A stretch of DNA of 62,820 nucleotides, the filler included, from Klebsormidium nitens (taxonomy: Eukaryota > Plantae > Klebsormidiophyceae): assembly GCA_000708835.1 (NCBI GenBank). It is 5 parts of 5 records of this genome, joined end to end, with 100 filler letters (N's around TTAATTAATTAA, not from the genome) between each part and the next. Parts side by side here need not be neighbours in the genome. Positions count along the whole stretch, not along the records: positions 23,289 to 39,726 come from DF238008.1; 4 more parts are not named here. One strand, given 5' to 3'. This document shows, piece after piece, positions 23,400 through 34,900 of the stretch. How positions within the stretch are numbered: position 1 is the stretch's first letter; every line of letters starts with the position of its first letter. The position numbers and the translations under genes are program-made. The notes under the pieces are model-generated. The model saw only the letters and a list, made by a program, of their open reading frames with translations. It did no database searches and was not told the origin of the DNA.

Positions 23400-25900
23400 T
23401 CCGCTCGAGTTTGAGCCTAAAGACAAGTCCGTTGTTTCGCTCTGCAGTTTTTTGGAAACGTGGGGCGTGTGGGGGGGTTTGCGCGCATCGCTGCGCCTCG
23501 GTTGGTCAACCGGGCGTGGCTCTCAAAGCAGACTGTGGGGAACGGATCGTCACTCCCAGTGAGATCGGACTGTCATGCCCCGCTGTCCAGTAGCAAGTTG
23601 TGTACGACGCGGCCGTTGATCAACATGGCGAGTTTCGAACCTTTGATATCAATGCAAGGCGAGCGGTGGAAACCGGCGCTTCGGTCACTGGCAAGTACTG
23701 GGCAGGTGGCTGAGAAGCGCACCTAAGTTCAGGTTCTCTGGATCATAAAGATCCTAAGAGGCTTTGAGTCCTCGAAGTGGTTTCCCCATCTTGAACGGCA
23801 CGTCGTGCTCAGAGTTGCGGTGGTCCGCAATCTGCACACTCGGCGCGTATATCATGCCCAGACGCTGAGGTGCGTCCTCTGGCAACTCATCGAACCCTGC
23901 GGGCACATCAAGTGCAGTGTCGATGGGTTGCAGAGGTGTTGGTGCGTCCGTCTGGACTGATACAGCCTCATTCTGGACGAGTTCCGGCCCTACGGCAAGT
24001 GCTGGTTTAGGCGCAGCGTGAATAGGCTCCAAAGGAGCGGCCGTAGTGGGCGCGGTCTCAAGGACCGGCTCCACGTTCGTTGGCATAGTCAACATTCCTG
24101 GCAGCGGGCGAACCGGCGCGTCCAGAAAGTCCTTAGGAAGGAAACTCGACGGCATAAGCGACAGCGGGCCGCGCAGCCTCTCATCCTTAGTCACGGTCCG
24201 TCACCGCTCCGTCTAGTGAGACTAGTGTGAACGGGCGCCACGTTGACGACTGGCACGTGCGCACACCGTTTGGCTATAAGTGTGGAGTCAATCCGAGCAC
24301 TGTACCCGTTCGGGTTGTTGTGATGAGCGTTCCAGAGCGCCTGAAGCTGTGCAAGCGAAAGCTGAGTCTCATCTGAGTTGTCATAGGCCGCAGCGACTGG
24401 CGCAGCGGCCCTGGCAGAGGCACTTTGAGCGCGCGGCAACCTGCCGGCCTGGAGCGTCTTGCACTCGGCAGTGTCGTGGGAGTCCGTCTTATGGAACGTA
24501 CACCACTTCTTGGAGGTGCCTGACTTGGCCAACTCAGCGCGCTTGCGAGCGCACCTGTTGGCATAGTGACTTGGCTCTTCGCAATGATAGCATATGGGCT
24601 CCGAGTCAGCCGAGGGTTTTGGCTGGGTGATGGCAGAGCCCCCCTTAACTACAGCAGGTGACCGGCAGTCCCTTGCAATGTGCCCGTACTTGAGGCACTT
24701 GTGACACTCAAGTGCCTGTTGCTTCTGGCTCGGTCCATAACTCGGAGGCGCGGCAAGCACGGTAGGTGCGCGAACCATGGAGCGGGACGGGGCTGCGGCG
24801 TGCATGGTCGCCGGCCATAAGTTGGCTTGGGTCGTAGCTTGATCAATCTTGATAGCTATCCGTCCCACGAGCTCAACCGTCCAGTTCGAAGTCTCCAAGC
24901 TAGTTGTCAGGAACTGGCGATGGACTTCCTTCCCTAGCTCAGTCCGCCTAGTCGCGGCTATGAGCTTGAACACGGCCATCTCTTTGGGCCGGTCGAGTGC
25001 GTGCATGAGCGTCTGCGTACGCTGCACCAAGCTAGCAACCGTCTCGTTCGGTCGCATAGCAAAATCCCGGAATTCTTCCATCCGAGTGGTCGACTTCTCT
25101 GGATATAATTTCTCCATCATAGTCCAAAATTGCTCAACGGGTTTGTCATGAGTTTACCTCGTCATCCACATGCACTGCGGGTGCCTGCGGCTCAGTCGCG
25201 GCGGCTTTTTCGTCAGCCGGCAAGGCGTCATGGTCGGCCTTGGCTTTGTTATATGCGGCGCGGTCGCGGATGTACTGCTCCGACTTAGCAGCATTCCAAG
25301 CGCGAAGTTCGTTTCTCATGCGGCGCTCAAGGTCGGCAACCTAATCGCGTGCCCCCCCGGCCAAATACTTCATGAGGAAGTTGTACATGTCATTCTCATT
25401 CGAAACCACGGTTGGTTTCAACCTAAGCTCCGACTTAAGTGTGTTGTAATTCAGGCGCAAGTGCAATATGCTTGGCCCGTTCGGGTCACCCGTAAAGAGT
25501 CCCGTTCCATGCTGCATAGTTAGGATCGACATGCTGTTGGAATCGTCTACCTCAAAACACACAACGGCGGAAGATGTTCGAATTGCATCAGACTAAGTTT
25601 GCGTCTGTAGATGTGCATGCACAGTCGATTGTGATGACAAATGAGGCGAAACGTTACTTGATTCGGCAAGACTTCGACTCTCTTCAATTGCTTGAATGAG
25701 GTCAATGTCTTCGTCTCCAACTTCGCTCACAATTTCTCTATGTGGAAAGCTGGGTCCAGAGCGAAGTCTATTCTGCCACATATATAGTACAACTCCTCTC
25801 GCTAAGAACCACCACTTCAATGGTACCCTTATACTCGTCTATCTCCTTGGGTTCCTTGGGTTGAAGTCACGGTTGCGACCGTTTCCCCCCCCCCACGTCC
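23400..25900 (-). mobile_element. Ty3/gypsy-like LTR retrotransposon remnant (gag + aspartic protease)
   Basis: ORF 24191-25120 has two CCHC knuckles (CHKCLKYGHIARDC, CYHCEEPSHYANRC) plus WCTFHKTDSHDTAEC. Retropepsin motif NLLLDSGA* at ~23576-23600. Cut by the gap at 23189-23288; boundaries approximate. Confidence 0.8.
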
Positions 25901-28900
25901 AAAGCCACGGCCGCCGCCGTTCTGGGCGTGAAAACCTGCGCAAGGGATAAGGCGCGTCAGTCCTGATGCTTAGGACACATGTCAAGTCGTTGGCACGGTT
26001 TAGAGTCTTACAAGGTTCTCCTCGGAGGCACCCTGTAGAATACAAGTGTGAAAACACTTGCAAAATTAGTCGCTGTGAGAGCACTAGCCGAGCTTAACCA
26101 ATCCGTCTACAAAGATCCCGGAACTTTGCAAGTACAAAAAGGCCCCCTTAAGGCAGCCTCGCAGTGTCAGAAGAAAGTAGCACAGTCCCTTTGAAGGGCC
26201 TGGCTGTCACAACTCGTAGCACAGCGCCTCTTCTAAGGGCCCGACTTTCCCTCTTGTCACCAAAACTACAAGTGTCTGACACACTTCAACAATTACCACT
26301 GTACGAGTGGGTAATGCTGTCTAGACGGCGGCCCTCGCTGAAAGGACTCAACGACCCGTCCTAACAAACAATGATGGTCTAGGACAAACTTCCTGAGGAG
26401 GCTCCACACTTGGTGAGGCCTTCCAAGGCAAGAATAGTCACCCAGACCCTTGCAAACGAGCGGGAGGCTATCGCGCTATATAGAAAGACATGAAGCATGC
26501 CCCGCAAAAGGCCTACAGCGGACCAAGCACCGAGAGCAGCGCATTGTACCTAGTCTGCGAATTTGCAACTATGGGCCCCTTGCCAACACACAAACACTCA
26601 TGCGCAAGCCTAGCAAGTCACTTGTCAGCAAGCATGCCTCCCGGCAATTGCATGTCGAGGCAATGTCCTACTCGAAGCTCAAGAGCACTGACGTCACTAC
26701 AACATGATCGCAAGCAAGCAGGAATGGAGCCGAAGAGGGATGCAGTGCAAGAGAGAGACAAGGCAAGCAGGACAAAAGTGGTGCTGACCTAGAAACGGCG
26801 CGGGGGCAGTGGGAGTCGACGGCGCGCCCAGGGAGTAGCCCAGCGCCTGCAGGTGCTGCTTACTAGCGATGATAGCTCTTGGGTCAGTGGCCACACGTCC
26901 TTGCGCCGGTGGTGGGGCGAAGGCGGGTGCGGCGCGCGTCGGGTGGTGGACGTTGAGGTGCTCCCTGCAGCAGTCGAGGGCGAGGCGTAAGGCAAACTGA
27001 AAGTTGGCGCGCACCCCCGCAAACAAGTAGGCAAGGTCAATATCTATCCACCACCCAATCTTGGTCAAGAAATGCTAACCCTTGGTTAACCTGAAACTAA
27101 TTTTTCTAACCTGATTTTCTACGACAGTTTTGAGTCAAAACAGGTCCTAGAAACAACAAGCGAGAGCGCAGAAAACCTAAGCAAAATGGAAGCAAAGCAT
27201 ACCCACGTGTCCAAGAGGCCCCCCTTCACTTGGAAACCATGTTTGGTTTGAAGGCGATGCGCATAAGTTGAAATTTTAACCACTGTCCTAACCAGACCTA
27301 GACCCAAACAGTCCTGGCACTCAATACAGCGCAATGATAGAACCGGACGATGCACCCTCCAAGCAGCCCCCAATGCGTTCAGCAGCTGAGACACATCAAG
27401 CAGGCCCTATTGCACCCTCAGTTAGAGTCCAGCGCAAAGAAAACACCCAGCAGCGATTCGTCGAGCTCGAGAGACATATACTCGCCTTTGAATGCAACTC
27501 CCTGCAGCAATTTGTTAGCAAACAAACAGCGTATGCAAGCAAGATTTCAATGCAAGAGCAGCAAGTACACAGCAATGCAACCCTTCTCACAGCATTCTGT
27601 GATGGCTCCAACCTCGCAATTCTATCCGTAGTAGAAGTGCCTACCCCAAGCAATCACAAGCAACGCAAGCTGGATTGAGAGGATTTTCAAAGCACAAGTG
27701 AGATTGCTACAGTGATTTCAGCTCCCCGCTCAAGTTCCGGTTAGGAATTCACCAAAACACACAACCACAAGCACAATGTGACCCGGGGTTGCCGGCGTCT
27801 CCAAGCAAGAGCTAGCTAGCGAAAGGTGACAAGCAAGCGTAATCGGGTTACCTTGGCTGTCCCTGTGAGCTGCTCTCTGCTCCCTTGAGCGGTCTGCAAC
27901 GTACGAGCTCCTCCCCGAGCTCGAAACCGGGCTGGTGGTAGCCCTGGCAGCTAAGGAACAGTGTTGTTCCTTGTGGCTGGCTTTCGCAGTGGTCTTCTGA
28001 AGCTTCTGCAACTCCTCCGTGTACCTGCCTGCGGAACTTAGAGCAAGTACAAAAGTACTTGACACAGGCTGAGGCGAGTGGAGCGAGACAAGCGTGAAGA
28101 AGATGATGGCTAAGTCGGATCAGTGTCAAGAGCGTAGGGCGGCTCTATCAACGAAACGTCGAAAGTCCAATTCCCAACTTGCACTAAGTTGGAGAATGAG
28201 CGTCTGTTCGCAAGGTTTATAGGCTACGGCGGAATTTGCTAGCCTATATTCAAAAGTCTAGTCTCTAAGGGTCTACGTCGATCTAGAAGTCTGCTCAAGG
28301 TCTAATCGAAGTACAAACTACCCCTAGTGGTGCGAACAATAAGGCGGAGTTGATGGCGCCTTAAACGAAAATAGAATGTCGATCCTCGTATATGATTCGG
28401 TCGGCGGCATATGCGCTGCGGAGTCGCGCGAACGCGGTAAAAATAGGATGCGGATGTACCGCGTAACAGGCCCAGGTGAGTGCGGATGGTACGCAACACA
28501 GGGTAGGTGCCGCAGCGGAAATATGGCAAACGTGCCGGGGCCCGGTTGTTTGTACCGAGTGCGGTACTTGCGATGCGCGCAAGTGCTCATGGTACTAAGC
28601 GCATACCCCGGCCGTTACTGGCGGCTATGGTGTAAATAGATGCACGGCAATCTTATGTGGGGACCCCTCTGGAATAGGCGAGCCCCAAGTGGGGTCTAAC
28701 TAGGATGGGCGGCCAAGTGGCGGCATCTAGCAACTAGCATGAACATATAGCTTTATAGCCGAACCTTCACGGCAACGACGGCACACGGCATGACAGGACT
28801 GCGGCCCTTCACATGTGGCATTTCAAGTCTGCATACAAGCGGCGGCTGGCTGTTTAAGGAGCGGCACCGACCACGCCGTCCTTGTGACGGCTACACATAT

Positions 28901-28949
28901 TTGACTAGCCGTCCACGGACGCGCTTGCACTTGAAATCCCTGCTACCAA

Positions 28950-31900
28950 TGGCGCTTGCACCGGGTATTGCTCGCATTGGGCTGGACACGCACGACTTCA
29001 AAATTGCGGAGCCCCTATTTGAGAATATGCTTATTCGTATGCGTGTTCCGATGGACGGCAATTGCCTGTTTTACTCGTTGCTAGTTGCTTCTAATCAAAC
29101 TGTTAACGACCTCTGAAGCTCGAGGCGGCTGTTGCTTTTTATGTGAGTTCACATTGGGAAGCTGTCTTCCTAGGGTCTTGACGTGGACTTATCCAAAGCT
29201 CGTCAACGACGTTCAAATCACGAGAGGCGTCTTCTTCCCTTACGGCTGCCTCGTATGCTACATTCCACAGTCTGGAACTTGGGGAAGCATGATTGAAGTT
29301 CGCGAGGTTTCGATCATTTGGCAGGTTCCCGACATTTGCAGGAACGTTGAAGGCAACCTTTCTCCTGGACTTTTTGGTTTCATTTCGGGTATCCCGCCTT
29401 TGAACATCGTGTATTCAAATGGAAACCATTATGATGCTGTTCTGTCTAGTGTAGTGGACAACGCTGGCTTGGTGTTTGCATGTGGTAGACTACACGAGCG
29501 CGTTGCGGCTGCTACTTCTTTTGCTGTCAGAGAACGTGTCGACGTCGATGCGCCGGCTATAGATGAGAGCGGGGAGGGTATGGACTTGGACGGCCCGTCT
29601 ACTACCGAAGTGCGAGCCTGTGGACGACTCGCCTTGCTAGCAACGCGGGCAAATCGCCTTCTTGTCGTGCTTCGCCGCGAACCTGCGACAAGGCAGCTCC
29701 GTTCATTCCCTGGACACCTCCGCATTACCGTCAGTAATGGGGAGTGCGCCATGCTCATAAGAAGTGGAGAGTACGCCCTCGGTTCGGCAAGTTTAGGACC
29801 CGTCTTACAATCCCCATCGATTGTTCCAACAATTAGGAACAATTATTGTGCTTACTACTACCGTCTTCAATGTTTGAGTCATCTTATGTCGAATCAATTT
29901 GGAACCTTCGCGGCGCCATTTTTCTTTGAGCAGAATTCTCTAAATGCAGCTTATCGTGAAACTCTTGATGGTTTTGCCAATGCACTTTTTCAAGGGAGCA
30001 TTTTAGTTTTTGTTGAGGAAGAGTTGCACCGGCTACTAAAGCAGTCCGTAAGTAACGGCAAAGGTCTAGCCCGAGAGACTGTTGCTTTCCAAGGCGTTTC
30101 TAAGGAGAAAGCGCCGGAGATAACTGGGCTGCATATCTCCGCATTCACGATGTAAGTAATTGGCACATCCAGTTCAGATTCGCTTTCGTTTTTCCGAGTG
30201 TCGTGGAGGCGGCTTTAGCTTACGATTTCGTCATCATGACTTTCTGCCAACTGGTTGGGCAAAGGGTCCAACACAAACTCTTCCAAGGTGATACAAACTT
30301 GAAAAATCAGCAGCCGATTTTAAAGTGCTTTGTCGACGAAGTCGTCTCTGCATATTACACTTTCTAGGTTGGCAAAAGCTTGCCGGCTGTCCGAATACAA
30401 CATGGAGAAGATCACTTTCAAGACCAGCGTAAAGATATCTGGAAGGTCCGGCTTGACATCACTGTAGGGCAAAAGTGGTACGTTTTCATTCCGGCCTCGC
30501 AGTTTATGACGAAGTTTGAAGCAGCATACGCGCGAGATCGTTTCATGCTTAAACTGCGAAATGCAGACTTGATAGAGCACTTTCTGCCGAACTTTGTCGA
30601 TGTTAACGCGCCAACCAGCCTTGATTGTTCAGTCGATGAGTTGTTTACCAAGCACGTTTTAACATACTTCCGTTCCTTCATTCAGCCTTCGCAATTACCT
30701 GCATTAGGCGATGCAGAACGCATGGACGAGGAGCCAAGCGGAAGCCAGCCAACAAAGATGGACGAAGCCCAAAACGGTCTGAAAGTCGGTAAGAGCATAA
30801 ATGGTATGCATGAGGTTGTTTTTATGGGTGCTGGCCCGATATAGCGCGAGAGTCAATGTTTGCTCCAGAGTTGGTAAAATTACGAGCTTGACGGATTCCG
30901 TTTTGCACATTACTCCACATGACGCCGCTCTTGCCTATGATTATCTCACGAGGATGCTTCTGCCTTACCACAAACGCCCGTGCCAGTTAAACTTTGGCGA
31001 TTGAGCTGTGGGACATAACGAGAAAGCTCGACTTGAAGTATTTCTTGTTGCCAAGATTCTTCCTTTTGTACCTGATTTCGATCCAATCTAGTCGCAGTGA
31101 GAACGAACGTGTGGACGACGATCCGAGTTCCGCCACGGCTGGGGGTAAATGACCTTTCAACAGGCGTACGATTTTTTTCCGCGAGCGACGGGAGCAGGGC
31201 CCAACTTTTACTTGTTATTGTTGTCGTAGAACCTGGTTTAGGAGAGATGTCAAACGTCTAACGTCCGGCTTCCAGGAAGATCTGTCCGTTCGAGTCTCGA
31301 AATGCTTGACCGTGACTGCCTTAGAACATTAGGACGGTCTTCGCTACATTTGTAATCGCTTGGAAGCCAAAGGAAGCCTAAACTTTGTTGGTTTACCATG
31401 CCAGACCTCCCTTCCATACCAAAGAAACTCGAAGGCAGGACTGACAGCTGAAACCATCTAAACCATCTAGTCGCTCCACGAATCCCTTTCATGAAGATTT
31501 ACGCTCTTCCCCGCGCCAAGGAACGAGGCGTACATGGCGGCATGGTGAAAATGCCCACTAACCTGTCAAAAGGTCAGCAGCAGCTGCCACGACACTCGCA
31601 TTCTCGTGAGTCCGTGACCATCAACTTGAATAGACGCGTGTGCTTTAAGGGTTCTTATAAAAGCTCGGGGGTTCGACCGTCTCGAGTGGTAAAGCAATTT
31701 CAAAATCTGGCATCTAAACCTTTATACAAAAGACTAGGTGTGACATTTGATTTGAGTTGATTGCCTCCTACCATTGATGCTTTAGAAGAAGAAGCCAGTA
31801 AAGCTGCCGGCTTTGATAGGAACGCTGCTGGAAGAGATGAGGAAACTCGAACAACTGAACTTGCTTTCAGCAAAGCCGTTCAACTTTCAGAAGAAAACGC

Positions 31901-34900
31901 ACTCCGGCGTGGCTGGGATGAAACCGAATTCACGGGCGACTCCGACACTCAAAAAGCCGATGAAGCGACTCAAACTCTGCTTGACAAGCTAAACTCTGCA
32001 AAAGAATTTCTTGATCAAGCTCTCGTTCTTGCACCGTGCAAGGGGGCGACCTCAATGAGCTTGTTGTCCGACCATTATTGCGAAGAGGCCAGCTTCCCAG
32101 TTTTACACTGTGGGGAAAAGAGGGACTTTCGAAAGGGCTCGAAAGTTTCTCTTGTCGATAGGACTCGGTGGAAGCTCACTAACGTGGACAGACGAGTTGC
32201 AAACTGCGTCGACAATAGCACTTTCCAAATGCAACGTCTTACGGTCTAGTCCATCAATTCGCTTAGCAATGTTAGGTTGCGAAAAGGAAGGCGGCAAGGC
32301 AGGGGTTTTTGTGCCAAAGAACTTAAAGACATAGCCAGCGTGAGTCTCTTTTGAAATGCGATATCGGCTTTAAAGAATTGAAGACTTTGGGAGGCTCTCC
32401 ACAGTATCACGAGCAAGGTAAAAAAGACATTTATGCCATCTTTCGACAACTTGCAACGGCCAGGTTCTTCATCACGAACTCGATGGCAGACACTCGATGG
32501 CCTAAACTGTTGTGCAATTTTTCCTCCTTAGTGGACGTTAAATCAATTAGTCAAGAAGGGGCTAAGCATTTGGACATTGAAACTAGACAACGATTAGTGA
32601 GGTCGAATCCGTTGTAACGTGTGCTCGCTACTTTCGTCACCGGATGGATTCCCTACTAATCACAATCTGCTCTTGCGATCGAATCATTGGCAAGGTCAAT
32701 GATTTCTTTTTTGAGAAACGAATTTCATCACCGCGGTTCTCGACAGTCACATTGGCTAACTTTTGTGGACGAAGCACCGGTGTACGGTAGGCACTTGAAC
32801 GAGCGGAACTGCAATTTTGTCGATAGTAAGATCACTTGCTTCCGCGATGATACTGATTTTGACCCCGATCTGATGATGCTGCAAGAGTGTCGTCACATCA
32901 GTACGTGCTATAAACGGGAAAAGGGCTGTTGACCCACCCGCAACCGCCGATGCAGAAGAGTACCATTATGGAGCCGCTACCTCCAGACCGCCCTCGTAAG
33001 GAACTCGACGTGCGTCGTGGGCGCTAGTTGACAATCTTTGATCGTTTTAAATGTATAGATAAAGGCAAAGAGCTACTTGATTCTGATTTTGGCCACTCTT
33101 CTCAGAAATGAGGGCATCGAACAAGACGACTACTTGCTTGCGTTACGCTCGTCGTTGCATCGGCCGACTCTTTTTCTAGCTAGACGTTTGTCTGAAATGA
33201 GAATCAACTCTTACAGCAAACAAATTCAAAAAATGGCCAGCGCTAATATGGACAACCAATTTTGTCTGGATCCGTATGCTGCTGCTACTTATGTTGCTAG
33301 TTATATGATGAAGGGCCAACGGAGCATGAGTAAAGCGATGAATTGTGCCTGTGCGGAAGCGCGGGCGGGCAATGAGAGTATTCCCAACACGGTGCAGCAC
33401 ATGGGCAACGTCTTTCAGCGGGCCAGTGAAGTTAGCGCTCAAGAAGTCTGTGTATATATGTCTCGGTCTTCCTTTTTGTAGATCTTCGAAAGCTTCTTAT
33501 TTTTCTTCCATTGGGCCCACCCGACTCACGTACTTTTTTTGCTTTGCAACCTGGACAAATGAAAAAGCTCGAGGACAATTCGACAGATGTTGCTTACCCA
33601 AGTTTGAGAGACAAGTATGCAAACCGCCCTCATGAGCTTGATCGTCTTTCTTTGGCGCAGTTCGCAGCTTCACGGGACCGGTGCAAATCGCAGGCGGGCG
33701 AATCACCGGGCCGCGGCGCGGAAGTTTGGCCGAGTTTTCGTACCAAATTAAATTCACCGTGCGGGCTAGTCGCCCGAAACCCGGGGCCGGCGAAATTTGT
33801 CCTTGGCAGAGAGTCGCCCTGATATGCTGGGCTTTCTGCCCCGGTTTAGCCCCAACTACAGTCTTCTCAAAATGCCCCGGAATGTAAAGAACCGGTTGTA
33901 GATGAATGTAACGCTGCAGGCTATTCATGTCTTTCTTTGTGCAATAATGCTGCCGCATGAGGCACTGGTTTGAAACACATTTACATTTGTGTACTCTTTA
34001 TCGTAAACTGCTTACCGGGAGGACTCGCTTGACCCAGTAGGTGAATATTACCAAGCCTCAAGCTTTACTGAGGCTTGGAAAGGCTTCCCGGTTCACTCCG
34101 GCCCCCCCCGGCCCTTTCGTAGTACATTAAAATTCAGTACAGTCAAGAATTGCGTACCGTAGTTCAGTACCTTACGCGGTCCGATCAATTGCTACCGCGG
34201 TACGTCGGCCTCTACCGGTAACTTTGAGCCCGGTACGGTAGAAGAGCCGTTACCGAGTAGTACCGTTTAGGTACCGTGTCCTCTTTCGGCCCTGCCAAGT
34301 CATCACCGAACGTGTGGCGGTGTCAGAGTTGCCGAACCGGGTACAACTCGGGTGCCCTCAGAGAACCCAAGGTGATGTGAAAGGTCACCTCTCTTCCTAC
34401 AAGAAATGGTGGTGGCAAAAATGGCTCCTTTTGCCTACATTGGCATCAATTTGAGCAAAGAACCTTACCAAAAGCTTCATATCGGGCTACCAAACCACCA
34501 CAGCCCCACTCAACATACTGGGCCCAATGTACCCTCCAGATGTCGCCGGTGTATCCTGGCTTTTGAAGCTCTTACACTCTACTATTCAGAGCCCTTTTTC
34601 AGAGCCAAATTCCTACAGAACTGGATGATTTGGTGGCAATATGACATATTTTGGGGGCAATATCCTACGGCCGCCGTCCGGAGTACCCACAGACCGCCGC
34701 AATTTGACTAGTCGAAAAGTGGTCGTACCGTCGCGAATTTGCAGGCGACGACTACGGCAATTTTTGAGTACCGCGGAAATTCCCCCGGACCAAATTTGCA
34801 CCGTAGCGGTCCCGTGTTGGTACGAACCTCTGCGGGCCCCGAAAGTAACTTCAGAAGACGTGGATGAAGACAATCCGGGACTGAATGAAAACGCCTTTTT

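Noticed and set aside
26030-26450. Candidate LTR/PBS for the minus-strand gypsy remnant
   Set aside because: There is no second LTR copy in the window and no convincing TGG-initiated PBS.
26450-28130. Several 80-120 aa ORFs
   Set aside because: No motifs, splice-consistent structure or homology that I can recognise.
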